A stretch of DNA of 63,056 bases, counting the filler, from Sluysia triapertura (lineage: Eukaryota): the NCBI GenBank assembly GCA_046118255.1. It is 5 parts of 5 records of this genome, joined end to end, with 100 filler letters (N's around TTAATTAATTAA, not from the genome) between each part and the next. Parts side by side here need not be neighbours in the genome. Positions count along the whole stretch, not along the records: positions 1 to 14,174 come from JBJNIA010004335.1; positions 14,275 to 26,510 come from JBJNIA010127186.1; 3 more parts are not named here. One strand, 5' to 3'. A program made the translations under genes and the position numbers. Each line of letters starts with the position of its first letter. Position 1 is the first letter of the stretch. The notes below the pieces were generated by a model. That model was not told the DNA's origin. It made no database searches and worked only from the letters and a program-made list of their open reading frames with translations. This document shows positions 9,872 to 23,782 of this stretch, piece by piece.

Positions 9872-12560
9872 ATGGCTTTACCTAATGAATTTAAAGATTA
9901 TATGGCACAATTAACCAGAGAAATGCGTCCAATAATATCTTTACCCGAAATGAAAAAATTTGACGGTGCAGGGGAAGATCTCTGCGATTTCTTATTTGAA
10001 TACGAAAGTATAGCAGAAGCTAACGACTGGAATGAAGCCGAGAAAATAAAACGGATCCAAAATTACCTAAGTGGAGTTGCTATCCAGACTTATAAGGAAA
10101 TAAGTGATAATAATAAGCAAACTCAGAATGAATTTCTTAATGCATGTACAGAAGAAATAGCCCTTGATGATATGGGTAAATATTAGACACAAAAGATTAA
10201 TACTAGAATACAAAAACCTAATGAATCCGTATATAAATATGCTCGCGCTCTTAAAAGCCTTGTTGCTGGAGCAAAAATTCCAGAAGTTAATAGAGAATTA
10301 ATATTAAAAGATAAATTAAAAACTGGATTACGCCATGAATTAATAACTTATGTTAATTTAATATATGGAAAACATTTTAAGGAAGTAATTAAAATTTTAA
10401 GGAGCATTGAACGCTCAATTATGCAAAAAAAAATAAGAATAAAATTGATTATGTAAGTGACAATGAAGAAAAAGGAGATAATAGTCCAAAATTAACAAGA
10501 AATAATTATAATGATTGATCTAATTATGAAGAATATAATGATAATAACTATAGTCAGGAACGACGTAATAGCCCACATAGAGGCAATAATAATTCAAATA
10601 ATTATAGAAGCAATAATAACTCAAATAATTATAGAGGTAATGATAATTATAGAAATAATTTAGAGGTAATTCAAGTAATTATAGAAGAAATAGTTCAAAC
10701 ATCACAGGGGTAATTCAAATAATTTTTGAAGAAATAATAATAGAGGATTCCAGAATAATAGAGAAAGCAATTATGGTGCTTCTATAAACAAAGACTGGCA
10801 CCGAGAAGGCCACTAAGTTCTAGTTTTAATAGGAATAGGAGTAAAAGCCCAACAAGATATGATAATAATAATAATCTTTGATAACTGTAATAAAAAAAGG
10901 ACATTATGCAAGAGATTGTAGGAAATTAAGGCAAAGTGTATTCACTCAGAATTTTAATAAGGTAAGGGGACATTACCAATGTCCAAATAGGAAAGTAAGG
11001 TTTAATGATAATAATAATAATAACAATAAGAAAGGACAAGTTAATTGTAATTATAAAAGCCAAAAGATTATGAATATAAAGATGAAGAAATAGAATCAGA
11101 AGACAATCAAGAAGAGCAGAAACAAGTAGTGATGAAGAAGATGACAAATACCTTAAGTTAATTTCAGGCGAAGAAAAGAATGCAATGCTACGAGAATTCT
11201 ATATTACTGGATTGGATTGTGACAAAAATAGATTTAAGAACAAACAAGAAAAAGAAATTTTTGAGTTATATGTACGACAGGTATTTAGAATTTCAAAAAG
11301 ATAAACAAAGAAGAGAACTAAGAGAAAAAGAAAATAGATTAACCATTCAACCAATTCAGGTTAGAATTCGAGAATTATTAGAACAACCTTCAGAAGAGAG
11401 TATTGAACAAATAAGAGATAAAAAAAGTAATATCAAGTGAAGATAAAAAAAAGAATTCAAGAATTATTGACAAATGGTAAGGAAAGACGAAGCAAGAATT
11501 AAATAAGCCAGTTGATAAAGAAATAGAAAGTAATGATGAAATAAAAGAATCAAGTATAGAATCAAGTTCAACGAAAGAAGAAATAAAATCAACAAAACAA
11601 CTCAGAATTAAGTGATGATCAAGAAGTGGAAAATGTCATTAATAAAGAAACAGATGATGTAGAAATGGAAATAGATGAAGATGCCTATTACAGTGCCACA
11701 GAAGAAATAGAAACAGGAGAGATGAAATCAATAAAAATATAGCTGCTAATGATAAAATAAATACCCAGAAACTAAAATTAAAGAAGTTAATCAAAAAGTT
11801 GAAGAATTTTTATCAAATATGACACATGTCAAAGACTTAAATGAAAGTTTAATGATTTATTGAATTCAGAATTAAATTTACAGAATGGATATGATATAAA
11901 ATTAGTATTAACTATTTTAAGTAAAGAAGACAGTTTATATAAGACTAAGGCAAGAAAATTATTAATAAAAATAGGACAAAAAGAAAGAAAAGATAAACCT
12001 AAGGAATTAATGAAAATAAGTATAATTATTAATAATGCTCTGAATACTACTATGGAACTCCCAGTTACTTCAATTGCTAAAGATATTATAGAATTACTCA
12101 AGTCAAATAACCCTGATATTACTGATGTTGATTTGTATTTTTATGATAGAAAATTGTTACCTAATGATTATATAAATGATTACGGGTATTCATCAATGAA
12201 TGGAAACCATGAGGAAGCATCAATGACTTCCGCAGTTATAATGGCGTACTAAGCCTTCCGATGATTTGAGAAAATTAGATGAATTTAGATGTTGATTTAG
12301 ACAGAATCCCACGTTCACTACTGCGAGAATTAATGGGAGATAATTACAATAAAAATAATAATAAAGTTATAGATAACCATAATGAAAGCAAGATTATAGA
12401 TATTACTAATGATAATGACGATTACACTGAAGATAAACCCGATTATATAATAGATTTAAATAAAAATCCGGTACAAATTTTTACAATTACAATGATACAA
12501 AATTAATCAATAGATCGCACACAATATCGATTTTATTCTGTCATCATAATATAAATCATA
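9872..12560 (+). pseudogene. gag: Ty3/Gypsy-like gag polyprotein pseudogene (capsid, N/R-rich linker, CCHC knuckle, acidic region, ubiquitin-like segment); no pol seen
   Basis: KFDGAGEDLCDFLFEYE..A..NDW.EAEKI..YLSG.A; read through TAG 10184-10186 to QKPNESVYKYARALKSL (Gag MHR-like); degenerate NCNKKGHYARDC knuckle ~10880-10920; many stops and frameshifts. Confidence 0.8.
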
Positions 12561-13051
12561 ATCATAACAATCCCATTTTTGACGGATCAGAGTAGTTACT
12601 GTAATACGAAAAGTGACAACACTAAAACACTAGTAATGATAGTGAGTAGAATATCTGTTAAATTAAAATTTCTTAATACTAAAGAGTTCTGAACATCTGT
12701 TGGAAATAATAGTAATTATATCTTATTAAGTTTAATATAAAAATAGTTAATAACATAAAATGTATGTGTGTAAAAGTAAGTAGACAAAGACAATGAATAA
12801 TTAAATGTGTTGTTATATTTTTTGTATGGGAGCTTGGAAAATTCCTTATTATCTTTGAATCACACCATACAATAATTTATATTTTTCGAATTTTATTTAA
12901 CAAACCCTACCAAAATCTAATATAATTAGAAACTTAAATAAACCGTAAAATTTAACCCTGAATCTAAAATTAGTAAACGTTGGCTTATTATTATAATTTT
13001 AATTTATAGATAGTATTTTAATAACATTTTTAGTGTAATAATAAATATACT

Positions 13052-13460
13052 TTGACAGTAGCAGTACAACACACTACAAGTATGTTCCAAAACCGATAGG
13101 GGAATATAATTATGTTACTGAAATATCAAAAAACATACAATATGAAGTTAGAGTTAATAATTAAATGTTTAATAATGTAGATTTTTGACAAAAATTACTT
13201 ACCCAACAAAGTCAGGATCACTATCTGGTGCATCTGGATCATCAACCTAATAAAATTAAATTTCATATATTCATTAAAATTACATCATCGCATAAACTGA
13301 AGTCAAATAATTTCGTAGATTCCATTTTCGGCTTAAAAAATATACTTAAATAAATCAATAAAAAAATTCTACCTCTTGTATTTCATTTCTTTTATTTATT
13401 GAAACTAAGTAATTATCTTTTATATCTTTCCATGCATTCTTATAATTATCGATTATTTCT
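13052..13460 (-). CDS. Short-exon spliced gene fragment, unknown function (possibly pseudogene)
   Basis: Four exons with short GT-AG introns join in frame: IIDNYKNAWKDIKDNYLVSINKRNEIQE|PKMESTKLFDFSLCDD|VDDPDAPDSDPDFVG|NIIIFPYRFWNILVVCCTATVK. An upstream hydrophobic segment (~13500-13600) contains stops. Confidence 0.5.
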
Positions 13461-14099
13461 AAATATAAATTGTTTAATAATTAAATTTTAATTACTTAGT
13501 TATTTTTGATTGTTATTAAATGTTAAGTGCAATGAAATTTGAATAATGATAATAATAATAAATAATGCTTATACAAAAAACATATCTACTACAGCATATC
13601 AATCATTCGAATAATATGTACTAATCTAATGCAACACGTTTATTATGTTAAGTTAATATCAACCAAGCCAAACTCGCATCTTTTTCTTCTTAAAGGTTAG
13701 TAGTGTCACTAATGTTGTTACTTTGACTTTGAATTTTTTATTTTAATAATTAAAATATCTAACTAATTAGTACAATACCTAACAAAACCATTATGTTTTA
13801 TATCTTTAAGCTGATGTCCTCACATAGGCTTCAAATACAGCAACTCTTAAATTAATAATAACTGTGTATCATCTTTATCTGTCAAGGTGCTATTATCATT
13901 GTGTCGATTCTTTAATAGTGATGCCACAATAAATTGACCAAAAAATGAATAGAAATGGAAATTGTCGTTCAATGTTTCGAACTTGTATTTTATCATTAAT
14001 TGACAAGCATTTATTTTTTAGCACACAATTCGCATTTGTCGTAATATTTTTAGTTCACTAATTTTTTTACAGTGACGCAGTAATTAATTTTAGTATCAC

Positions 14100-14102
<3 letters not shown>

Positions 14103-14174
<72 letters not shown>
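14103..14174. repeat. (ATT)n microsatellite running into a gap
   Basis: Direct tandem ATT. Confidence 0.95.
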
Positions 14175-14274
14175 NNNNNNNNNNNNNNNNNNNNNNNNNN
14201 NNNNNNNNNNNNNNNNNNTTAATTAATTAANNNNNNNNNNNNNNNNNNNNNNNNNNNNNNNNNNNNNNNNNNNN
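14175..14274. other. Artificial gap linker N44-TTAATTAATTAA-N44
   Basis: Identical 100-nt six-frame-stop spacer occurs four times. Confidence 0.97.
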
Positions 14275-14879
14275 TATTTGTATTTTATCACTGATTTTAT
14301 TGTTATCATTTCTGCTACATCTACTTATACGAGCTTCATTTTAATTCTTCTGAAACAAAAAGAATTTTTCCTTTTTACGAAAGTGACAATCATTTAAATA
14401 TACTTTTCAATGATTAGAATTTCGTCATAAATTAATTTAAATCTTACGTACTAAACAATGTCTTGTTTTGAACAAAAGATTATCGTCAATTGAATAGTCA
14501 ATTTTTAATATCATGCATAACTTTTATCGTTATATAACTGTAGGCAGGGCTTCTTCGTTGTAGAATCGTTTGATAATTTCTATGTAAAATTCTGTTTTTA
14601 ATTTTGAAAATAATGCTGCAAGGCACTTCTAGCCAAACAATAATGAAATAAAAATGTCTTTGTGTTACTAATATATTCAATTAAGAACTCATTTATTTAA
14701 AATAAACTCATTCATTTAAATTAAATCATTCACTATAATATTTCTAGAACAGGCATAACTTTACTTTTTTTAAAAAGCATTTTAAAAATATGTCAGAAAA
14801 TAATAATCTTTAATAATTAGAAATTCTCATTATAAAAAATCGATATTTTATTTTGTCGATGTTAAATTTTTATTGTGAA

Positions 14880-16012
14880 TGTGGTGGTCAACCTTCACTA
14901 TTATTAAAATCTATAAAAAAAATAACCTTCTAACACTCTAATATTCACATTTATCTCCTCCACACTCGCTAAAACAGTTCATCTGCCAAAATCAAGTCAT
15001 ATCCACAATCTCGTAACATACAAACCACACTCACACCCAATACCACCAATTTACATCAACAAATCCACCATAAATATGTTACTCGACATTCGTAACAATC
15101 AAACTTTTAACCACATTCGAAATTATCCACTCGACACTTTCGAATCAATTACAACATTTTAAATTAATCATTTGTTATCATATAATCCCTAACAGCACAA
15201 AACATAATACCACTTAAAAACAGCAAGAGAACAAATCACATTAGCAACACTTAACTTTCGAATATACCAAGAGTGGACTATAACTTATCTTTTTCACATT
15301 CACTAAACTACACCCTTCTCATTGTATCTTTTGTTCACAATCTTCCAATGTTCAAATGTCGCTTTCAGTCAAAAACATTAGTCATCATCTAGAAATTCAC
15401 TCTAACGTTCTACATTTTACTGCATAACAATGTAAAACGTCAATTATATACTAAAAACACATTCAAAACAACCTTTACGTAAAGATATTTAGTTTAAATA
15501 CATTTAAATTTATTAAAATATGTTTAGAAATCTAAAGTATTTAAAACAAGAATTCAAAAGTTTATGCAGTTCAATAACAACAATAACTATAACATCATTC
15601 CTCTTGTTATTGCACTCAATTCAATTGTTTTTAATTTTAACTCAAAATATGTAAGAAATTTAAAGAAAAATAAATAAAGATCATGAAAGCTTAGCAAGAA
15701 TTTATGCTTTTTTAACTTTTCAAAATAATAATAATAATAACAACAGTGTCCTTGTTATTAATATTATTATTAACAATTCATCATTATCATTTCTTAATTA
15801 AAATTTTGACGAACAAAATCGGCTGTGTTACTGCCATCATCACAATGACATATTTGTTTTACATTAACAATTTTTCTGTCATTGGTGATGAGGGTAGTCA
15901 TCACAGTTGATTGCTTCAACACCTAGTTAAAATGTTAAATGATTGCATTGGCTATCCAACCAAATGCGCTTCTATGAAAGTGTATTTGGATCATTTGGTT
16001 GGATGTCCAATC
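14880..16012 (+). mobile_element. Structured promoter cassette, copy C (full length)
   Basis: Starts TGTGGTGGTCAAC. C/A-rich arm; two TATGT.AGAA..TTTATGC+hairpin units (~15517-15780); stem 15823-15906; inverted ATCCAACCAAATG/CATTTGGTTGGAT 15954-16004 with outer ATTGG/CCAAT. Confidence 0.88.
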
Positions 16013-16127
16013 AGCAAGAGAAATGATAAAACATCAAAATTTTTAATCAAAAATTGTACACAATTTAATTGTTACAAAAGTTATAAAAAATTTAAAAGTT
16101 GGAGGAATATTAAAAAAGAATCAATTT

Positions 16128-17454
16128 ATGTCGAACCAAATGAATAAAGAATTACAGTGTAACTCTAAGCTTAATTTTGAAATCGAATTCATGGCATCAT
16201 TTCGTCAACTAGTAAATGAAATTAAAAAGTTGTATGGAACACAATATGATTCAGTTTGTCAAATATTTGATATCCTAATGAAGTTTTCTCTAGCATCAAC
16301 CGAGAACACCAGCAAATTATTTAGTTTAATAATTAGTAATTTATATGCAAAATTCAAATAGAACGATATTATTTAATTCGCGTACGCAATTCAGATTACA
16401 TAGTTCCAGTTTTAGAATGGATAAAAGTTTTCAATCATTGGATCCAATGTATACATATAGTAAGCGATTATTATTTTTTAATGAACTATTTCAGTCCCTA
16501 ATAGCGAACGTTTTAACAAGATATATTATATTTACTCATTTTACTTTTAGAATATGTTTAAAGAGAAAAATTAATACTACATTAAGTCAAATGAATAATA
16601 TGAATGAATCTATGATTCTCTTAATTGATTTTCTGAAAGGCTATGGTCGTATTAATGAGAGTATCGCCATTTTATTTAATATGTTGATGACTGCTTATAG
16701 TGGAGATAATTTAAAATTTGTAGCACAAGATAATGTTCTACTATATGTTACAGTTTTATTCAGCTATTTTACATCTTTTCATAATGATCCAACAATAACG
16801 TTTTGTGATCATTTACCTTATTTTGTGTTAAATACAAAAAAAGAAATAAATGTTCATCATGTTATGAGTTATCCATTTTATCAATGATAACATGACTTTT
16901 GATTTTATACTTACATTAATTGATCGAATTTTCAGAGATGTTCTCAAGTTACTAGATTTATCAAATGTTTTAAATTATAAAATAAACATCGTCTATAAAA
17001 TGTCAAATAAGGATAAATTGAATAAAATTGCTGATTATGATAATGTTATCAGTGATGGTTTTACAAACGTTTGTATGAGTATTTGAAGATGCGAATATTG
17101 TATGAATTGTATAATATTGATACAAAACTTATGCGAAAATTATCCAAGCTCGATACAACAGATGCTTTTACTCTATTAGAAAGTTATTTATTGCAAAATA
17201 ATGTCCAAATAAATGCTAATAAAAGTAATTGCACAGATCGTTTATGGTTTCGAGACCAAAATATAATGGCATGGACTATACAAGTCTTACAGCATCCTCA
17301 TAATGTAATTATTTCTTTTCTTTTCTTTGTCTATAATTTAAACCTTCATTTTAATTTAGATGATGAATCTTGGGCTAAGTCGAATGACATTCGTAAGAAT
17401 ATAACAACGAAATTTAAACTTTGTGTTATAACAAAAAATAAAAAACTATTGTAG
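16128..17454 (+). pseudogene. Frameshifted ~440-aa cargo gene of unknown function downstream of cassette C
   Basis: Four abutting or overlapping + ORFs (16128-16361, 16345-16887, 16892-17086, 17071-17454). ATG ~115 nt after the last CCAAT. Confidence 0.6.
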
Positions 17455-19717
17455 TAGTTAATGTTTTCTTAATTGACTTCCTTAATTTGTTCATAATAAA
17501 CCTAAATAAAATTTTAAAACATAATTCGCAACGAATTTAGATTTTATGATACAATTAAAATTTATATCAATTTTGATTTCAAAATTAAAAGATCTATTAC
17601 TAAACTAAATTGTTTTCATTTAAAATTAACATTTAAAAATACAACTATACCAAACAAATTTTAATATTTAATATTCAATTTTTCAATAATATCTATAAAT
17701 AATGAATAGATGCAAAATTAATACAAAACAATAATGGAGGAAACTTTTTAAAACCTATTAGATAAAATAGACAACTCATGATATTCGTGGTTATAGAACT
17801 ATATAGTGGATCTATTAAGTTAGACATTTAACTGTTCAAATCAAACTGTCGATGTCAATAGCAAACATAAAATTTAATTTCACTTAATTCGGCATATCTA
17901 TTATTGTTTTATTGGAATATGCTTAAACGAACTAAAAGCAAAAAAAGAAACAACAAATAAATTGTTGTTTTATAGATTATTATCAGTAATTAAGGGATTA
18001 ATGCAAACTGAAATAAATCAATATAAATTTTTTGTGTTTAATAATAATGTAAATTTTTTAAAAATTTTATATTAAATTAAATAAATCAATAAATTAAACA
18101 AATCAATGTACTTACTAAAAAAATCTTTAAATTTCAAAAAAAGCAATGCAAAATGAAAAAGCTTTTTCAGTAAAGCAAAATAATTATCGATTTCGTTAAT
18201 TATCATAAAATTCGCAACATTTTCGATTTTTTTGAAGTAAGTGTGCATCTTACGTATGAATTTTTGAGAGTTTATTTTATAAAGACTAAAAAATGTATCT
18301 TTAAAAGAATTATTAGTAATAAATGCATTAAAAATATCAAAAATTAATGATTTGTTGATATTTATATGCAATGATTGTAAAATCGTAATATAAAACTTAG
18401 TATAATAAAACAATTTTTAAAATAACTTTGACATTCACATTACGAAAGAGTTGCCTTAACTCTAGTTTATGAACGTCTCAGTATATTTCATTCACATTAA
18501 CATTTCATCCATGTCGAATAGAAAATTATAAATAAATCGAAAATAGACAATATTTAAACAAATCCAATAATAATAATAATAACAATTATAATAATATCTC
18601 AGCAGAATGTTTAACATTGTTCGTTTTATTCAGTCACTTTTAGTACAATATTTTGAATAAAAGATTGTCGTACGACACTAATTTTATACAAAAAATCATT
18701 TAATATATTTTTAAAATCATACAATAATTGTATGATTAATCGTTGTTTAGGTTTATTTCTTTTTAAATGTCTCAACCACTCATGACAGTTTTTTACTCAT
18801 AAATTCGTACCTAAATTTATACTCAACTGACGCACAAAACGTTTTCAATACATCACCAACTCATTGCATTCAATAGAAAATACAAGCCTTTTAATTAATT
18901 ACATCCCAGTTACAAACAGGAAATTGTATCACTATTCGTATTCAAATTACAAATCATAAAATTACAAAATATAAAAAATTCACAATAAAATTTACAATAT
19001 TACAATTGTAATAATTAATTATTCTAACATTAATTTTTTGATCGTCGGTACAAAATATTATCGACTTTCACGTTATTTTTGTAATTTAATTTTTGTGATT
19101 TATTTTCACCTTTAATCTTAGATTTCTAATATGAAAATGCTAAACTAATAATACCAAATACTCAAAAATATGCATTATTCGTGATAATATTGAAATAATG
19201 TCATGGTTTCCTTGAAAAATAAAAGAAAATAAGAAATGATGAATGAATTTTCGAAATTACACAAACGGCCTCGCATCGTATTGAATAGTTTTATGTTTCC
19301 AAATACGTTTATGATTTAATTGAAATAACGACTGAAAGAACTGAAAAATATTTGATAGATTATTACAATATTTATGCAAAGTCATCTAAAATAAACACTG
19401 GTGACAGAACCTCTTCTGGAAGTTATTCAACTGACTTGTTATAGTAAACTGGAAGCTGAATTTTCAAAGTCATTATAATATATAGTTCAGCAAAAATGTA
19501 TTTGCAACTAACGAAAGAAAAATAAATATTATCAAATTCTTTCAAGAATTGATTCAATGATTTACAGAAGCGTTTCACCAAACACTGATCATAAGCTTTG
19601 AATCAAAGTTTGTCATCTTTACTCCCGATATTGGAAATTATCACATTTTAATATTTATTACATATTTTATTTTAAAATTATTTAACATTTGTTATTATAT
19701 TTATTATTATTATAATT

Positions 19718-19752
19718 AATATTATTATTATTATTATTAATATTATTATTAA

Positions 19753-19804
<52 letters not shown>
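19718..19804. repeat. (ATT)n microsatellite, imperfect
   Basis: Tandem ATT. Confidence 0.9.
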
Positions 19805-22149
19805 TTACATAGTGAGCCATAGACAATTTTCATTTTTTTAACGTTTTTTTAAACAAAAATTTTTATACAAAAGTTTATTTAAAACAATACATAAAAGAAA
19901 TATATTTGTATGAGATCTTAAAAAAGAAAATAAAAATAAGATGAATGTAAAAATTAGCAAAAAAATAATACAATGAAATAAAGGATTATTTGAAAAAAAC
20001 AGAAAGTTATTTCTATTAATAAGGAATTAGAAAATACTATATGATGAAAAGATAAACCAATCAAAACTTCAGATCAAAAATCAAATAAAAATTAAAATTA
20101 AACAAGCAATTTAATTACACACACACAGACACAAGCAAATATACTTAACCCTTTAACCCTTTCAAATAAAAATTATTTACTTCAGTTAAGAGCAATATTT
20201 TAGTAAGAATAAAATTTAAAATTATCTTCTGCAATTTGAAGCTGTTTCTACGTCTATTTTTAGTGTAAATTTAAAATTTCAATTTGAAGTTTCGCATTTT
20301 AATCTCCTAGTAGAAATTGTACAGTCAAACAACTTCCATAAAAGGAATTTAAAATAACATGTTTTCTTTTGGTATGAAATAATATTTTCTATGTAAAATA
20401 TAGTCAACTTTCTTCAAATTTGAAATTGTCTCAATACTTATTTTAGCTATAAAAAATTATAATTTAAAATTACGTGAGTTTCTATGTCCTGCACATCTAA
20501 ATGAAATCAGTTATTCATAACATAGATAAGCGACACCCGCTCCCAGCAATTCATCAGATCGCTTATTGGTGACAGCCTCAATAACATTGGAAAATTCGTA
20601 ATTAATGATGTAAGTGATGTAGGTCTTATTAATTTTAATTCATTGAATAAAATTTACGATACTAAATGGAAAATAAAACTTAATGAATTTGTCTGTAGTA
20701 CGTGACAATTTTTATAAAGAAAATGTCAGACAAATAATCTTACGTACGAATGCTATATTAACAAATGTAATGCTCAAAATCTTACTTTTACATTAAATCA
20801 CAAATAACACTACTTTAATGTTTCTTTATATTAAGTTATTGTGGGATTTTAGAATGATAATTTGAATTTATAATATTTTTAATGTGAAATTTATTCACTT
20901 TATTCAAAATGAGAGATGATAAATACAGGATATCATAAAGGAACAATAGCTAATTAATATTTTTATAATAAACACGAGGAATATACAAAGTTGTATTATA
21001 CTTGACCTATTTAATTGACGTAATTTAATATTGATTTTATCAGTCTTTTTAAAATGTCTTTTAAACTACCCCCAAAAACAGATGATTAATTCGAGTTATG
21101 ACTTAATTATAAATTGGGTACCAAAATTAGCTTCTTTTTTTGTTAAAATAAAAGTTTGAAAAGATTTTAAAGTTTTTTTTAACTGTCTTAAATGTTCTTA
21201 TTTTTAAATCAATTTCTGTCTGAATTTTATGCTCCTTGAAGCGTTCCATATACAAATTCTGTTTGAGTGTATGCCTGGTACTATTACACAACAAATAATT
21301 TTTTGTACTAATATTCACCTTAAAGGTTATTTATAACTGAATTATTATCATTTTATTTACATTATTATTTTATTATCGTTTGAGTTAAATTTTCTAATCT
21401 TTATTTAAGTAATAAATTTAACCGTTTTTGATCTATTCGATAATTAACGAAAGCAGCCTATTTCTAAACATATTTTTTAAAGAAACATTGATGAAATTTC
21501 AATGTCACTACCAAAAAAATTTGCTTCGGCAGTCTTTATACAAATTATAATTTAAAATCTTTATTAAGATATATTTCGTATTTTTTAAAAATTATAAAAA
21601 TAGAAAAAATCATTTTAATTAAATGTTAATAGAAATAAAAAAAAGGAAATCGTCAATCAAATATGACAATTTAATACTCGAAGATATTATGCAATGTATA
21701 AATAAAATTCGTTATTTGTTGGTAATATTAAAACAACATGTTTAACGATAATTTATGAGTCACATTAATTAGAATACAATTAATGTTTTAAATATATTTA
21801 TTTTAAAACAAATAATAAAAAAATTTCTTTAATAATTAATAAATAACAATAAACTTATTTTAACAATTAATAATTTTGCAGATTATTTCATTAATTTAGA
21901 ATTGTACATTATTCGATCAAAATTAAATATTTATTATCTCTTGTTCTAAGATAAAATGTTGTACCTATTTATTTAAAATTATTAATAAATAATGAATTGA
22001 TAATTAATTAATTATTAACTTGCAAATAGTTAAATACTGGAAAATTATGTATAAATAATTAAAATTAATAATTACAATTTTAATTTTATGCAACGAATTT
22101 TGGAAAATATTAAGTTATGCCATCATTGTAATGATGTCAACATAATGAT

Positions 22150-22975
22150 ATAAACATAATGTACCTTTGAAACCTTCATTTTAAGTTTTGACACTTTGTC
22201 TGGATGCACTTATTTCGTCTGCCGGTATCGGTCGAGCAATTACAAGTAATGTATCATCTTGTAATCTTCTGAAATCTTCTAAAAGCAATATGAATGAGTT
22301 CTCAAATGGTCCAATGTTTTCACACAAATATTACAATGATCGATCGAGAGCCTTGAGTGATTTTTGTGTATTCATCTCAAACAATAATTTTTCATTTCTG
22401 CAACACTTTTTCCATATTGAATGCTTCAAGAATGTTTCACATGAGAGTTTCAATGAATTGTATATTCAATGGCAATTACAAAGTAGAAAGAGCAATTCAA
22501 AGTCTCAGCTATTCTAGCCGATTTAAGTGTTAATGATACGTCATTGATTGCTTCCAGAATCAATCTAATTAGGCGCATCTAAGAAGATTTACAGTTTTTT
22601 CTCAAGAGTTAGGTTTTGTAAGACAAATGATCCATGTTTTTTTAGGAGGTAATTATATACCAAAAGAAGCAGTAGCAGATTGATTAAGTGATGGTATTCC
22701 AATTTCATTAGTCAGCAGAAATCTTCAATCATTATAAATTTCTTCTGTGAAATTCATATTCATATTTGAATATCTTCAGCCATACCTGATTTATATATGT
22801 TTCTAATACTCTCTTGGATTTGATTCGGATGTAACGTTCTATCCCCGTTTAATTTTCCATTTGCAGAGATATTTCTTTCAATCTTAATAAAATTTTTGAC
22901 ACATTACTTCGTATCTCTTGTAAAAAGCCAGCTGATATTTGAAATAAATCTGCATTGATAAAGTTTTGGGTTTAG
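22150..22975 (-). mobile_element. Helitron RepHel PIF1-type helicase pseudogene fragment
   Basis: Minus-strand pieces YKSGMAEDI..FTEEIYND, IFLDAP (22571-22588), IRLILEAI, KVLQK*KIIV*DEYT, KSLKALDRSL, GPFENSFILLLEDFR, TLLVIARPIPADEISA follow the Helitron helicase motif order (FLDAPGGTGKT..IIWDE..ALDRSL..PFGG..GDFRQ.LPVI..ADE). Confidence 0.88.
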
Positions 22976-22997
22976 TCGAATAATAATTATTACATGA

Positions 22998-23726
22998 TGT
23001 GGTGGCCAACACATTATTTTATGACATCAAAATCATATTCAACATTGAACATCATCAATCATACATTTAAAAAATTAATTTAAAACATTTTAAATTTAAT
23101 TCAATAAATCGCACATTATACAACATTTTACTATTTTTCATCAAAAACTTTTCCATATTTTATTTCCTTTACATCCACTAAAACCTTATTCTAACATTTT
23201 CAAAAAAAAATTTCTATTTTATAACCTAGTAACATTAAATTCATATTCACTTTCAGATTAATAATAGATATTTAAAAATTCATTAAAAACATTTTTACTC
23301 ATAGTTCCATAACAACATAACCATAATCACATCTGTTAACATCCTTCAACTACTTTTAGAATCTATCAAAATCATCTTTCATATCTCAAAACATTTTATA
23401 ATTACAATCTGTTAACAACGAAATCATAAGTATTTTCAAAACTATCAATCTACATTTTAAAACTCAGTTAAAACATTTTACATATTGTCTAATAATATTA
23501 ATATCACAATTCCACCTAAATCTTCGAACATACATCTTAAATTCAATCCAAAACATTCCATTTTTGCAATCCTTTAACAATCACATTTTAAATTAGTTCG
23601 AATCAATAGAATCAAAAAGTTTCATTTATATTTAAACTAAATAAATTTATTTATATCGAGAAAAGTTTCAATAACAGAATGATCGTGTTTTAAAGAAATG
23701 AATTTATGGTTTTATGTTTTAATTTA

Positions 23727-23782
<56 letters not shown>

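Noticed and set aside
14175-14274. TTAATTAATTAA palindrome between N runs (also 26511, 37567, 52166)
   Set aside because: Identical 100-nt six-frame-stop linker, so an assembly artefact. Adjacency across these gaps is not trusted.
14900-15480. C/A-skewed arm as a mitochondrial insertion or coding region
   Set aside because: No conserved reading frame or recognisable mitochondrial gene on either strand across copies.
14880-16012. Cassette as a conventional LTR
   Set aside because: It starts with TG, but I found no conserved CA end, PBS, PPT, paired copy or gag/pol behind it. Not fully excluded.
15911-16147. 78-aa ORF (and 23900-24325) overlapping the CCAAT dyad
   Set aside because: Chance ORFs across the cassette end; not conserved in other copies.
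19200-19640. Possible decayed transposase or other coding remnant (also 34600-35200, 36600-37000, 24760-25300)
   Set aside because: Coding-like composition, but too many stops and no diagnostic motif I can support.
22188-22517. 109-aa + strand ORF
   Set aside because: Antisense shadow of the Helitron helicase pseudogene.
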